DNA of 64,000 nt from Callorhinchus milii (lineage: Eukaryota): positions 1,860,001 through 1,924,000 of the forward strand of contig NW_024704760.1 in the NCBI RefSeq assembly GCF_018977255.1, written 5' to 3'. The notes below the pieces were generated by a model. The model was given only the letters and a program-made list of their open reading frames with translations. It ran no database searches and had not been told where the DNA came from. A program made the translations under genes and the position numbers. Position 1 is the first letter of the stretch; each line of letters starts with the position of its first letter. Of the stretch, positions 1 through 11,400 are shown in pieces.

Positions 1-1
1 C

Positions 2-2030
2 CATGAATGTTGATTGGTACTGAGCAATTGCAGGCTTCCTGTATTAGCTGTAAGACCGACTCTTCAACCATTTCACTGGATTCAGTTCCTTTGCTATTTG
101 AGGCTGTGCAGTAGTATTGGGGACACTGGGCGGTGGAGATGCATTGTATGTCTAGTTTGTTGCTGTGAGAGATCTCTGAAGCTTCAGCCTCTGTCTCTCT
201 GTACCATTTATACCGAATGGGAAGGGATCCACTGATGGACTCACAGGAGATGGAGACATGACCTCCTGAACATGAGTCAGTGAGTGCTGATACAAACCTA
301 ATTACAGGCACAGACACAGACTCTGTGGGGAAAGAAGCAATCAGTCACAGGCCGACAGATTCCAATTTCTGCATCCGATCCCTTTACAGGTCATCGTAGA
401 AGAGAGAAGTCACTTTTCCTCGGAATCGGACTCGACTTATGAGCTGAATATGCGCCGAGTTTACACATTGTGTTAGTGAAGTGCATCAGTCACATTAAAG
501 GGAATGGTTTAACGTACAGTCAGATGTGTGTAGCTTTCTGCAAAGGTTGTATTATCCTGGCTGGACTGACAGCTCACAGTTTTACACATTGAAATAAGAA
601 TCAACAGTCAGGTATCTTACCGTCAGATATGTGTACCTTTACAGCAACCATTGTATCTCTGCCAAACTGATCAATCCCACAGTTATACCATCCTGCATCT
701 CTCATGGTGAGATTCTCCATAGTTACAGTAAATACCCCGTCTCTCTTATCTGTGATTGAGAATCTTCCTCGTTGTCCGTTGACGGCTTTTGTATCAATTA
801 CATCTTCACAACTGGAGCGATAATACCCGCGACACCAATATTTTGTGTGTCCCGAGTACTTCTGTTCATCATATCGACAGTTTATTCTGATCGCTCGTCC
901 CACAACTCCTGTTACTTCAGCTTCTGCCCATAATAGGTCTGAAACCAGAGACAAAACGTCACGAATCAAACGAACCATAACCGCTCAACACAAACACATC
1001 CTTCGGTAAAAGATTCCCACTGTGTACAGACTGGTGCACCACTGCTCTTATCCATACACTGTGATTGGGGTTTAAGCATCGATCACTGAGGCTGGCGCTG
1101 ATGTTATTGCTGTTTGTACTGTATCAGGTCTGGGAAAGAGGAACTGACCACCACACCCGAGGCTGATCTCTGGCGCCCCATCAAATTCTCTTTTCTTTTT
1201 CATCGTTTTCTGTTATTTAGTTTTCCCCCAAAAATATACACATTCAACCGACTTTACAGTGTATCCGGTGGAGCGCTTTGAGGCAGACGTCCCGATGACG
1301 TGATCAGGCGCTATACCGAACGCAAGGATTATTATAATCGTCGTTGGGAAAAATCTGTGAATTTCCCCCAAGGAGTTGAACAAATTCACACCATAAATAC
1401 AGCGACCGTGGGTTACAGGCGTTAATTTGCTCTTTAGACAGTTTTGCAGAAATGAACAACAAATTTTTACATTTCTTCCTGTGTTACACAGGAACAGGAG
1501 GAGACCATTCAGTCCATCCGAGCCTGTTTCGCCCTTCTATTAGATCGTGGCTGATCTGTACCTCATCTCCAAAAAAAGGGTTGATTTTACAATGACGATT
1601 TTTTGTTGTTCTCATTGTATTTGGGACCGATCTCAAACTGGTCAAATCCTGAGAATGTTCAGTGATAGTAACAGCGCTCAGACCAAGGTTTGCAAAGCAA
1701 CGTCTAACTTGTATTTTGTCAAAAAGACTTGAAACGTTCACAAGATGCACACCTCAGGCCGGAGATCAGAGTGTGTCCGTGAGTAACGGGAAGTCATGAA
1801 ACTACCAGTTTTTTTCTTTACCGAAATCTCAATACTGTTCAGCAATTGTTGGAAAATTTTGAGAGAGAAAGAGAGGGAGAGATAGAGAGAGATAGGGAGA
1901 GAAAAGGAAACATTTTTAACAACAGCTTTCAAACTGGCAACCAGTTCAACCATCAGAACATCTGGCTGCTCAGCTCCGGGTGTCACTCACCTGCGAGAGA
2001 AGTGAAGAGAAGAATCAAGCTGATGTCCAT
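2..2030 (-). CDS. Gene A1 (3' end off-window): CD300/MDIR-like receptor, leader + V domain + second Ig domain
   Basis: Leader 2030-1991 (MDISLILLFTSLA, donor GTGAGT); V exon 938-621 (INC..KYWCRGYYRSSC..DAGWYNCG, donor GTAAG); Ig2 exon 322-2 (SVSVPVIRF..SCESISGSLPIRYKW..YYCTASN). All junctions phase 1. Confidence 0.85.
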
Positions 2031-2200
2031 CAGGAGCGAAGAGACCAACGTCTGTTGTGTGGCAGCTCTCATCGCTTCCTACTGAAAAGGCAGCTTGTGT
2101 GTTAAAGGGAAGAGGAAGTCAAGCTCACGAAAGTGCCGTTTCTTTCTATCTTTGGGTTTTAAAAAATGCAGAAAGAAAGAACAAACTTCCTTAAATTAGT

Positions 2201-2526
2201 GGAGTCCTGTAGCTCAGTGGTTAGAGCACTCGCTTTGCAAGTGAGAGACCTGAGTTCAATCCCCGGCAGGTGAGGGCCAAACCTTGGGCAAGTTTCCTTA
2301 CTCCACACAGAGCCTAATAATAATCCCTCCAAAACCAAAAACAATAATAAATTGGTCATTTTCAATCCACGACTGTTTGTGGGACATTGCTGTGCGCAAT
2401 TGGCTGCCGCGTTCGCCCACAAATATACAGTCAATTCAGATTACAGTGTGTTCTGTGAAGCGCTTTGGGAAGACTCCCGACGTGAAAAGCACTATATCAA
2501 ATGCAAGGATTATTAGTATTATTATT
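2201..2526 (+). mobile_element. Full-length young tRNA(Ala)-derived SINE with L2-type tail; representative of the dominant family (dozens of copies, e.g. 4098-4357 +, 9353-9610 +, 25855-26200 +, 40165-40500 +, 41347-41678 -, 42540-42910 -, 49715-50065 +, 61875-62040 +)
   Basis: A box TAGCTCAGTGG, B box GAGTTCAATCC, anticodon-like TTTGCAA; conserved body TGTTTGTGGGACATTGCTGTGCGCAATTGGCTGCCGCG; tail AAGCGCTTTG..ATCAAATGCAAGGA(TTA)n. Confidence 0.9.
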
Positions 2527-3895
2527 AACAATTTGCAATGACCTGATGAAGATCACTCAACGACCAAGGGTCACCCAAAGTTTGATCCCCTCCCCTGCCA
2601 CCAACACACGTGTGCACACACTAAGACAAGCACACATATTAATATACCTACATAAACATATGCATATACTTACTTAAACAAAGTTAATAATAAGAATCCT
2701 TGCATTTATATACAGTCCCACCCATTTCTGTCAAACTCAATTATGTTGAAATCCCACATATATTGACAACACAGGGAAGTTCTGGTTTCTTCTCTGCGTA
2801 TCATTATGAAAAACATAGTGTCTGTCGACATGCAAATAAATTGCGTCACACTTACAGCCACAAACTCTTTGAGTCCCTGACAGTTTTCAAGACTTTTTTT
2901 TTAATCATGTTAACAGGCCCTTTTCCTCATGTGTGACATGTGAGTGAGTGTGACACATGTTAGGCTTCTAAATAAGATGTGTTGCATGTGCTGATCATAG
3001 TCTATAGTCTATTGTCAGGGTCTATACAATACTGAGGTTGGGTTAGGCACAGGAATAACATAGTGATAAGACGCTATACCAAATGCAAAGATTAGTATTA
3101 TTATTATAAGCTCATGGGTAAAATAATAATAATCCTTGCATTTGATACAGAGCCTTATCACATCCTTGAGACGTCTCAAAGCGCTTCACAGGATACACTG
3201 TAAAGTGAATTGACTGTATGTTTTGTGGGCGAAACGCGGCAGCCAATTGCACACGGCAGCGTCCCACAGGCAGTCGTGGATTGAGTGAGCAAATGATTAT
3301 TATTTAGAAGGGATTGTTACCCCTGGAAAAGTGATCCGCCAATCGATTAAAAGGCTGATATTTAACATTTGATGAAGAAACTGACTCAGAGATGGGAATA
3401 GGGTAAGATATGTTACTTTGGGAGCAGCCGGATGGACATGTGCAAGTACACAGCCATTGATTCAGGTGTCGTTGTATCTTTTTATTATATGGAATTCATA
3501 GAAAAGACATTCAAGGTTTTCATGAACGATTCAGTAGAACAAACATTAATTTTTGTTTAAGAATAATATCAACATTGAGGAATATCGAAGCGGCGGCTGT
3601 GTCTGTTTGGCACAGTTAGTAACATCCTGGAGGGAGCTGCGTTTCCAGAAGTGTCGTCGTCCTTCAGATAAGGACATTAAGCCGAGGTCTCATCTACTTG
3701 TTCAGCTGAACGTCAAAGGCTCTGTGATCTTTCCATTAAGAGAAGACAGTTTCTCTCCGTGTCCTGGTCAACGATTCTCCAGCTATTTACCAGCCGATGC
3801 CTGTGTGTGGGACCTTGATGTGCATGTAATGACTGCTGCGTTGCACACCTCAAAGTAAAGTGCTTTGAGACGTTTTGATAATGAGCCATAATGAG

Positions 3896-4324
3896 CTATA
3901 AACATTGCAAATCCACGTGATCCGGATTTCTCACCGACCAGGTCGGATGCCCAGTGAGGATCTTATGGTGTTGCTCGGGTTCAGCTGAAAAAACAAATAA
4001 TTAATCCAGAGATTTTATTGATGTGACTGTGTATCAAAAGGGCATTTTACTTATCAGTTTACGAGTGTGTTTTATTTTACTGATATTTTACTGATAAACC
4101 TTGGGCAAGTTTCCTTACTCCACACGCCTAATAATAATCCCTCCAAAACTAAAAACAATAATTAAATTGGTCATTTTCAATCTACGACTGTTTGTGGGAC
4201 ATTGCTGTGCGCAATTGGCTGCCGCGTTCGCCCACAAATATACAGTCAATTCACTTTACAGTGTGTTCTGTGAAGCGCTTTGGGACGTCCTCCCGACGTG
4301 AAAAGCGCTATATCAAATGCAAGG

Positions 4325-4357
<33 letters not shown>

Positions 4358-7300
4358 TCTGAATTTCTCAGAAAAAGTACCAACCTCCGACTGCAGCTGT
4401 GTAAAACTTTTTATTTTAAGGATTAATAAGAAAGGATTATTGTTAACTAATTAACGACAAAAACACATAATCCTCACCGTGTCTTTTCTTTGAACAGTAA
4501 ATGGCCGAAATCAGAGAAATAAGCAGGACGGCAAACAAGACCCAGCGTAGCCAGCTCCACAGGGTGTAACTGAGCAAAACCACAGAACAAAACAGTCAGT
4601 CTTAAAAGAGACAGTATCCGCGTGTGCCAAACACCATCATTTTCCTCCGTTCTGACTGTAACCTTAATGCAAGAACGATCAGATATTGGGCTTTGGCTGC
4701 GGATTAGACTTTTGCTGTTGACGTTTTAGAGAAAAGTCTAAATGCAAATTAGAGATCCGAAACTCAACATAACCGGGGTTTATGGACCAGCAATCGTCTA
4801 ATCTGGAGGTCCTACTGTTGGGCTCAGGGATGTCTTCTGTAGGATATTGCTTGAAGGCGTGAGTGATAATCAGGAGAGAGACAATCAGAAGAAGACAGGA
4901 TGTATAAAAGGACACTGAGAGTGCGACACACATGTGGGTTGGAGTTTTGTGAGTTGAGAATAACGTGTGAAGCTTTTGAAAAGTGATGTGTTTGAGGAAA
5001 GAGGATTGAGGCGCTCACTTTCTCCTGACGATTTTTAAGAGAATAATGGAGGAACCGTTGGGAAATATCCAGGGTGACATTTGTGTTCTGTGTGTTGGGC
5101 CCCGAGCCAATCGCCCCGACACGGTTCTCAGTCAAGGTTACAACAACAACAAGTTACATTTGTAAAGCGCTTTTCACGTTGGGAGGATGTCCCAAGGCAC
5201 TGGATAGACAGTGATTTTTAACAACACACACACAAGATGGAGGGTCAGAAATTGTGACTGTGATGTGATAATCATCACTCGTCCATTCCTACCTGTGCTG
5301 TTGACCTTTAGTTGCCATGATGGTGGCTTGTGTGACCATGAAGGAGATGCGTGCAGCTGGAACATGTGCAGTTGGCATTGACTTGGTTGTGATCTTGGGA
5401 CTGGAAAATTCAGTTCCTTTCAAGGGAAAGAACACAATTCAGATTTGCTCAACAACTGCTCAGGAGAAAGCTTTGATACCAAACTGCACGTCAGGCTTGA
5501 GTAAGAAACAACACTTTCTCTGTGATAGTCATGGTGCTGGTCAGCAGGGAGTGTCAGTACTGATGCACTCGCCATTGATTCTCTTAATTTATTGCCACAC
5601 CATCTCCGGTCGGGCCTTCAGGCTCTCTGTCCCCACGGTTTGGATTTCCATCTGACAGTCCCTTCGCCTCACTCCCTCCCTTGAGTCTTTCAAGGCACGT
5701 CTCAAGACCCTCCTCTTCGATCACGCCTTTGGTCACCCTCCTACCCTCTTCCCTCCCTGCCCTCCACACTCCCTTATCCCAACCTTCAGCTCAACCTTCC
5801 CTGACTGTTCAGTGCCTTGGGACATCCTCCCTGTCATGGACTGGTTAGTGGTCACCCATTTAGTGCAGCGGACAAAATAGAGTGAGTTTCTTCAGTGCGG
5901 ACAATTGCTCAGTTGATTCGCTATCTTCTGGGTAAAACCAGCAGCTATTTTGTGCACAGCAATGTCCCACAAGCAGCCGTGACATTTAATTGTATTTGGG
6001 GATTGTTGGCCAGGACACCAGGAGAGGTTCCCTGCTTTAAATTCAGTCAGTTCTCATATAGGCAAATAAATATACAGTAGGTGTATTGAGCAATTCCAGT
6101 GTCTTTATAAAGGACTTTCCATGAATGTTGATTGGTACTGAGCAATTGCAGGCTTCCTGTATTAGCTGTAAGACCGACTCTTCAACCATTTCACTGGATT
6201 CAGTTCCTTTGCTATTTGAGGCTGTGCAGTAGTATTGGGGACACTGGGAGGTGGAGGTACATTGTATGTCTAGTTTGTTGCTGTGAGAGATCTCTGAAGC
6301 TTCAGCCTCTGTCTGTCTGTACCATTTATACCGAATGGGAAGGGATCCACTGATGGACTCACAGGAGATGGAGACATGACCTCCTGAACATGAGTCAGTG
6401 AGTGCTGATACAAACCTAATTACAGGCACAGACACAGACTCTGTGGGGAAAGAAGCAATCAGTCACAGGCCGACAGATTCCAATTTCTGCATCCGATCCC
6501 TTTACAGGTCATCGTAGAAGAGAGAAGTCACTTTTCCTCGGAATCGGACTCGACTTATGAGCTGAATATGCGCCGAGTTTACACATTGTGTTAGTGAAGT
6601 GCATCAGTCACATTAAAGGGAATGGTTTAACGTACAGTCAGATGTGTGTAGCTTTCTGCAAAGGTTGTATTATCCTGGCTGGACTCACAGCTCACAGTTT
6701 TACACATTGAAATAAGAATCAACAGTCAGGTATCTTACCGTCAGATATGTGTACCTTTACAGCAACCATTGTATCTCTGCCAAACTGATCAATCCCACAG
6801 TTATACCATCCTGCATCTCTCATGGTGAGATTCTCCATAGTTACAGTAAATACCCCGTCTCTCTTATCTGTGATTGAGAATCTTCCTCGTTGTCCGTTGA
6901 CGGCTTTTGTATCAATTACATCTTCACAACTGGAGAGATAATACCCGCGACACCAATATTTTGTGTGTCCCGAGTACTTCTGTTCATCATATCGACAGTT
7001 TATTCTGATCGCTCGTCCCACAACTCCTGTTACTTCAGCTTCTGCCCATAATAGGTCTGAAACCAGAGACAAAACGTCACGAATCAAACGAACCATAACC
7101 GCTCAACACAAACACATCCTTCGGTAAAAGATTCCCACTGTGTACAGACTGGTGCACCACTGCTCTTATCCATACACTGTGATTGGGGTTTAAGCATCGA
7201 TCACTGAGGCTGGCGCTGATGTTATTGCTGTTTGTACTGTATCAGGTCTGGGAAAGAGGAACTGACCACCACACCCGAGGCTGATCTCTGGCGCCCCATC

Positions 7301-8172
7301 AAATTCTCTTTTCTTTTTCATCGTTTTCTGTTATTTAGTTTTCCCCAAAAAATATACACATTCAACCGACTTTACAGTGTATCCGGTGGAGCGCTTTGAG
7401 GCAGACGTCCCGATGACGTGATCAGGCGCTATACCGAACGCAAGGATTATTATAATCGTCGTTGGGAAAAATCTGTGAATTTCCCCCAAGGAGTTGAACA
7501 AATTCACACCATAAATACAGCGACCGTGGGTTACAGGCGTTAATTTGCTCTTTAGACAGTTTTGCAGAAATGAACAACAAATTTTTACATTTCTTCCTGT
7601 GTTACACAGGAACAGGAGGAGACCATTCAGTCCATCCGAGCCTGTTTCGCCCTTCTATTAGATCGTGGCTGATCTGTACCTCATCTCCAAAAACAAGGTT
7701 GATTTTATGACGATTTTTTGTTGTTCTCCCTTTTCAGTATTGTACATTAATTTTCATTGTATTTGGGACCGATCTCAAACTGGTCAAATCCTGAGAATGT
7801 TCAGTGATAGTAACAGCGCTCAGACCAAGGTTTGCAAAGCAACGTCTAACTTGTATTTTGTCAAAAAGACTTGAAACGTTCACAAGATGCACACCTCAGG
7901 CCGGAGATCAGAGTGTGTCCGTGAGTAACGGGAAGTCATGAAACTACCAGTTTTTTTCTTTACCGAAATCTCAATACTGTTCAGCAATTGTTGGAAAATT
8001 TTGAGAGAGAAAGAGAGGGAGAGATAGAGAGAGATAGGGAGAGAAAAGGAAACATTTTTAACAACAGCTTTCAAACTGGCAACCAGTTCAACCATCAGAA
8101 CATCTGGCTGCTCAGCTCCGGGTGTCACTCACCTGCGAGAGAAGAGAAGAGAAGAATCAAGCTGATGTCCAT
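3896..8172 (-). CDS. Gene A2: activating-type V+Ig2 receptor with Arg in the TM and a short Tyr-free tail; Ig2 donor is non-canonical
   Basis: Exons: leader 8172-8133; V 7056-6739; Ig2 6440-6120 (followed by GAAAGT rather than GTAAGT); Thr-rich stalk 5416-5293 (phase 1-2); TM 4569-4478 (YTLWSWLRWVLFAVLLISLISAIYCSKKRH, phase 2-1); tail 3984-3896 (AEPEQHHKILTG..QCL*, less certain). Phases are consistent throughout. Confidence 0.75.
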
Positions 8173-8486
8173 CAGGAGCGAAGAGACCAACGTCTGTTGT
8201 GTGGCAGCTCTCAGCGCTTCCTACTGAGAAGGCAGCTTGTGGGTTAAAGCGAAGAGGAAGTCAAGCTCACGAAAGCGCTGTTTCTTTCTATCTTTGGGTT
8301 TTAAAAAACTAGAAAGAATAAACTTCCTTAAGAATTTGCAATGATCTGACGTAGATCACACAATGAGCAAGTGTCACCCAAGGATTGAGATAAAGTTTGA
8401 TACCCTCCCCTGCCACCAACATACGTGTGCACATATTAAGACAAGCGCACACATTAATATCCACACATACACTGACATAAACATGT

Positions 8487-11400
8487 CCCCATTCTGACTC
8501 TTCTTCTCTGTTCAGCGTCAGGTAAGAACGGGGAATATTTAAACAGGGCAGCGTTTTAATGTACTGTAAAGTGAACTGACTGTATGTGCACAGCAGTGTC
8601 CCACATTGGATTGAGGGACCACATTTGTATTATTACTATAATTTTTCAGGGGATTATTACCCCTGCAAAAGCGCTCTAACCGCTGCACTACAGGCTGCCA
8701 TTGTAGGGACCAACCACCACAACAACAACAACTTGCATTTGTAGAGCGCCCTTCACGCAGGGCAGTGTCTCGGAGCACTTGGTCCCTCAATGTTCGGTCC
8801 TCGTTTAATCAGAGGTCAAGAGGCAGAATCAGTCGGCTTCGAGCACCGAGGTTTCCAAATGTATTTACACTTCATACTGCATTTAGCAATTACAATCCGA
8901 TACCTGATCCGCTGTCTCTTTAGTTTCAGACACATTACGGGCGACACAGTCAGTAACAGGAGTTGTGGGACGAGCGATCACAATAGACTGTCACTATCAG
9001 AAACAGTGGTACCGGAACAACAAGAAATATTGGTGTTGGGGATATTATCGCGACAGTTGTCAGGTTGTAATTGATACAAAAGCCAACAATGGACGAAGAG
9101 GAAGATTCTCAATCACAGATAACAGAGACGGGGTATTTACTGTAACTATGGAGAATCTCACCACGGGAGATGCAGGATGGTATAACTGTGGGATTGAGAT
9201 TCCTGTCTTTGATCCAATGTTTGGTGTAGAGCTACACGTCTCTGAGGGTAAGCTATCTGAGCTACTGATTCTTATTTTAATGTGTAAAACTCTTATATGT
9301 GAGAGTAATCAGGAAGATCCAACGTCTACAATACAATAAGATATACAATTCCAGGCACAGGGCGAAACCTTGGGCAAGTTTCCTTACTCCACACAGAGCC
9401 TAATAATAATCCCTCCAAAAACAAAACAATAATAAATTGGTCATTTTCAATCTACGACTGTTTCTGGGACATTGCTGTGCGCAATTGGCTGCTGCATTCG
9501 CCCACAAATATACAGTCAATTCACTTTGCAGTGTATTCTGTGAAGCGCTTTGGGACGTCCTCCCTACGTGAAAAGCGCTATATCAAATGCAAGGATTATT
9601 ATTATTATTATACAGTGTCTTTCACAGGGAGAGCACTAGTCAGTGTTGGTTGGGCACTCGAGCTGGGGGTGGGAGCCAAGGGGTGGGGGGAAGGTGACCA
9701 AAGAACGGTCAAAGAGGGTATGTTGTGAGACGTATGGTATGTTTTGCTGTAACGGTTGACAAGATGACAGTACTTTAGTTTCAGATATTTATTCTTATGA
9801 ACATTTTGGGTTTAGATCGTGATGGCTTTAGCTGTATCTGGGAGTTGATTGAGGAATGGACACTGTGGGATTTTAGCAGAAATAAACTCGACTTGTCAGC
9901 GCAGGGAGGAAGTGAAGTTATTTTTATGAGCCTTGAAACTTTCCAACCGCACAGAAATGATTAATGGTCCCATTGCACCCACAGCGGGTGTTGTAGCACC
10001 TTCTGTGTCCCCACTCGCTCAGCTCTCTGAAGCAGAAGTAAAACACAAACTGATGGTGAAGTGCAACAGCCGGACCAGTGAGTGAGAGCTGCGGCTCCTG
10101 ACATCAGCCCACATCCTGCCTAACATTCAGCTCAGTGTGAGGGGCCATGCAAGGTGATAGTCACAAGGCAAGGCCGGTGTGATAGTGTATCAGCTCTGTG
10201 TCCGTCTGGCTCAGTCGGTCGCACTCCTGCCTCTGAGTTATGAACAATGTGGGTTCAAGCCCCACATCAGGACTTGGAGCACAGTCGGGGCTGGTTGTCA
10301 AATGCGGAGCTGGGGGAACACTGCACTATCAGAGCCGCTGTCATTTGGATGAGATGTTAAACTGATGTCCCTTCTCCCTTACAGATGGTGCTATTAGAAA
10401 AGAGAAGGGAATTTCTCTTCTCGCACATGCAAGGATTATTATTCGTGTGTGTGGGGGGGGGGGAAGGAAGGCGGAGGGGAGGGACGAGAGTTTACAGATT
10501 GCATTAAATTAATGTTCTTAATGATTGAAGTATTTAAGGATAAATGTGACCCATCAGAATGAGCAACAGTGACCTTCACTTTCAGATATTCAGCTTTCTC
10601 AAGCCCAGGTGTAATAATAATAATAATCATTGCATTTGATACAGAGCCTCATCACGTCATTGAGACGTCTTAAAGCGCTTCACAGGATATACTGTAAAGC
10701 GAATTGACTGTATATTTTGTGGGCGAAATGCGGCAGCCTATTGCGCACAGCAGTGTCCCACAAACACTCGTGGATTAAATGGTCAAATTATTAATATTAT
10801 TGGTGGAGTCTGCAATTTTGAATCCATCTGTTGCAGATAATAAATATAACGATCTTTCAGAGAGCCAGACTTTGCGTATCATCTAAACAATTGTTTCTTT
10901 CCCCACAGAGCCCGTGTCTGTGCCTGTACTGAGATTTTTATCAGCACCCACTGCCTCGTGTTCAGGAGGTTATGTCTCCATCTCCTGTGAGTCCATCAGT
11001 GGATCCCTTCCCATTCGGTATAAATGGATGAGAAAGTCGAAGGGTAGAACTTCAGAGATCTCTCACAGCAACAAACTAGACATACAATGTACCTCCACCT
11101 CCCAGTGTCCCCAATGCTACTGCGTAGCCTCAAATAGCAAAGGACAACAATCCAGTGAAACGGTTGCAGTCTCAGCCTTACAATCTGCGCAGACAGTCTG
11201 CAGTTACTCGGTACACATCGAAAGTGCTGGTACGGTTTACTCTCACTCGTACAGCATTGCTTTTCATTGCTCAGCGCCTGAACATTCAGACGTTCTGTAC
11301 ACATTCCGCATTGTTCACAGGATTCAAATTCCTTCGACTCGAAATAGATCTGAGACTGAACAATGAAAATTGGGGTTGAAGATTGCCTTATTCCCAAACA

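Larger units (their letters stand above)
1..8485. repeat. Direct tandem duplication A1/A2 (1-2660 vs 6119-8485, offset 6118)
   Basis: Near identity over the first ~1.55 kb, then indels and rising divergence beyond the leader exon. Confidence 0.95.

Noticed and set aside
2201-2270. tRNA-Ala gene (and similar heads at 13960, 25860, 41600, 49715)
   Set aside because: No intact acceptor stem, and each head runs into a SINE body and tail.
4679-4933. Hydrophobic minus-strand ORF as the A2 TM exon
   Set aside because: No fitting splice sites; the exon at 4569-4478 fits phases and family motif.
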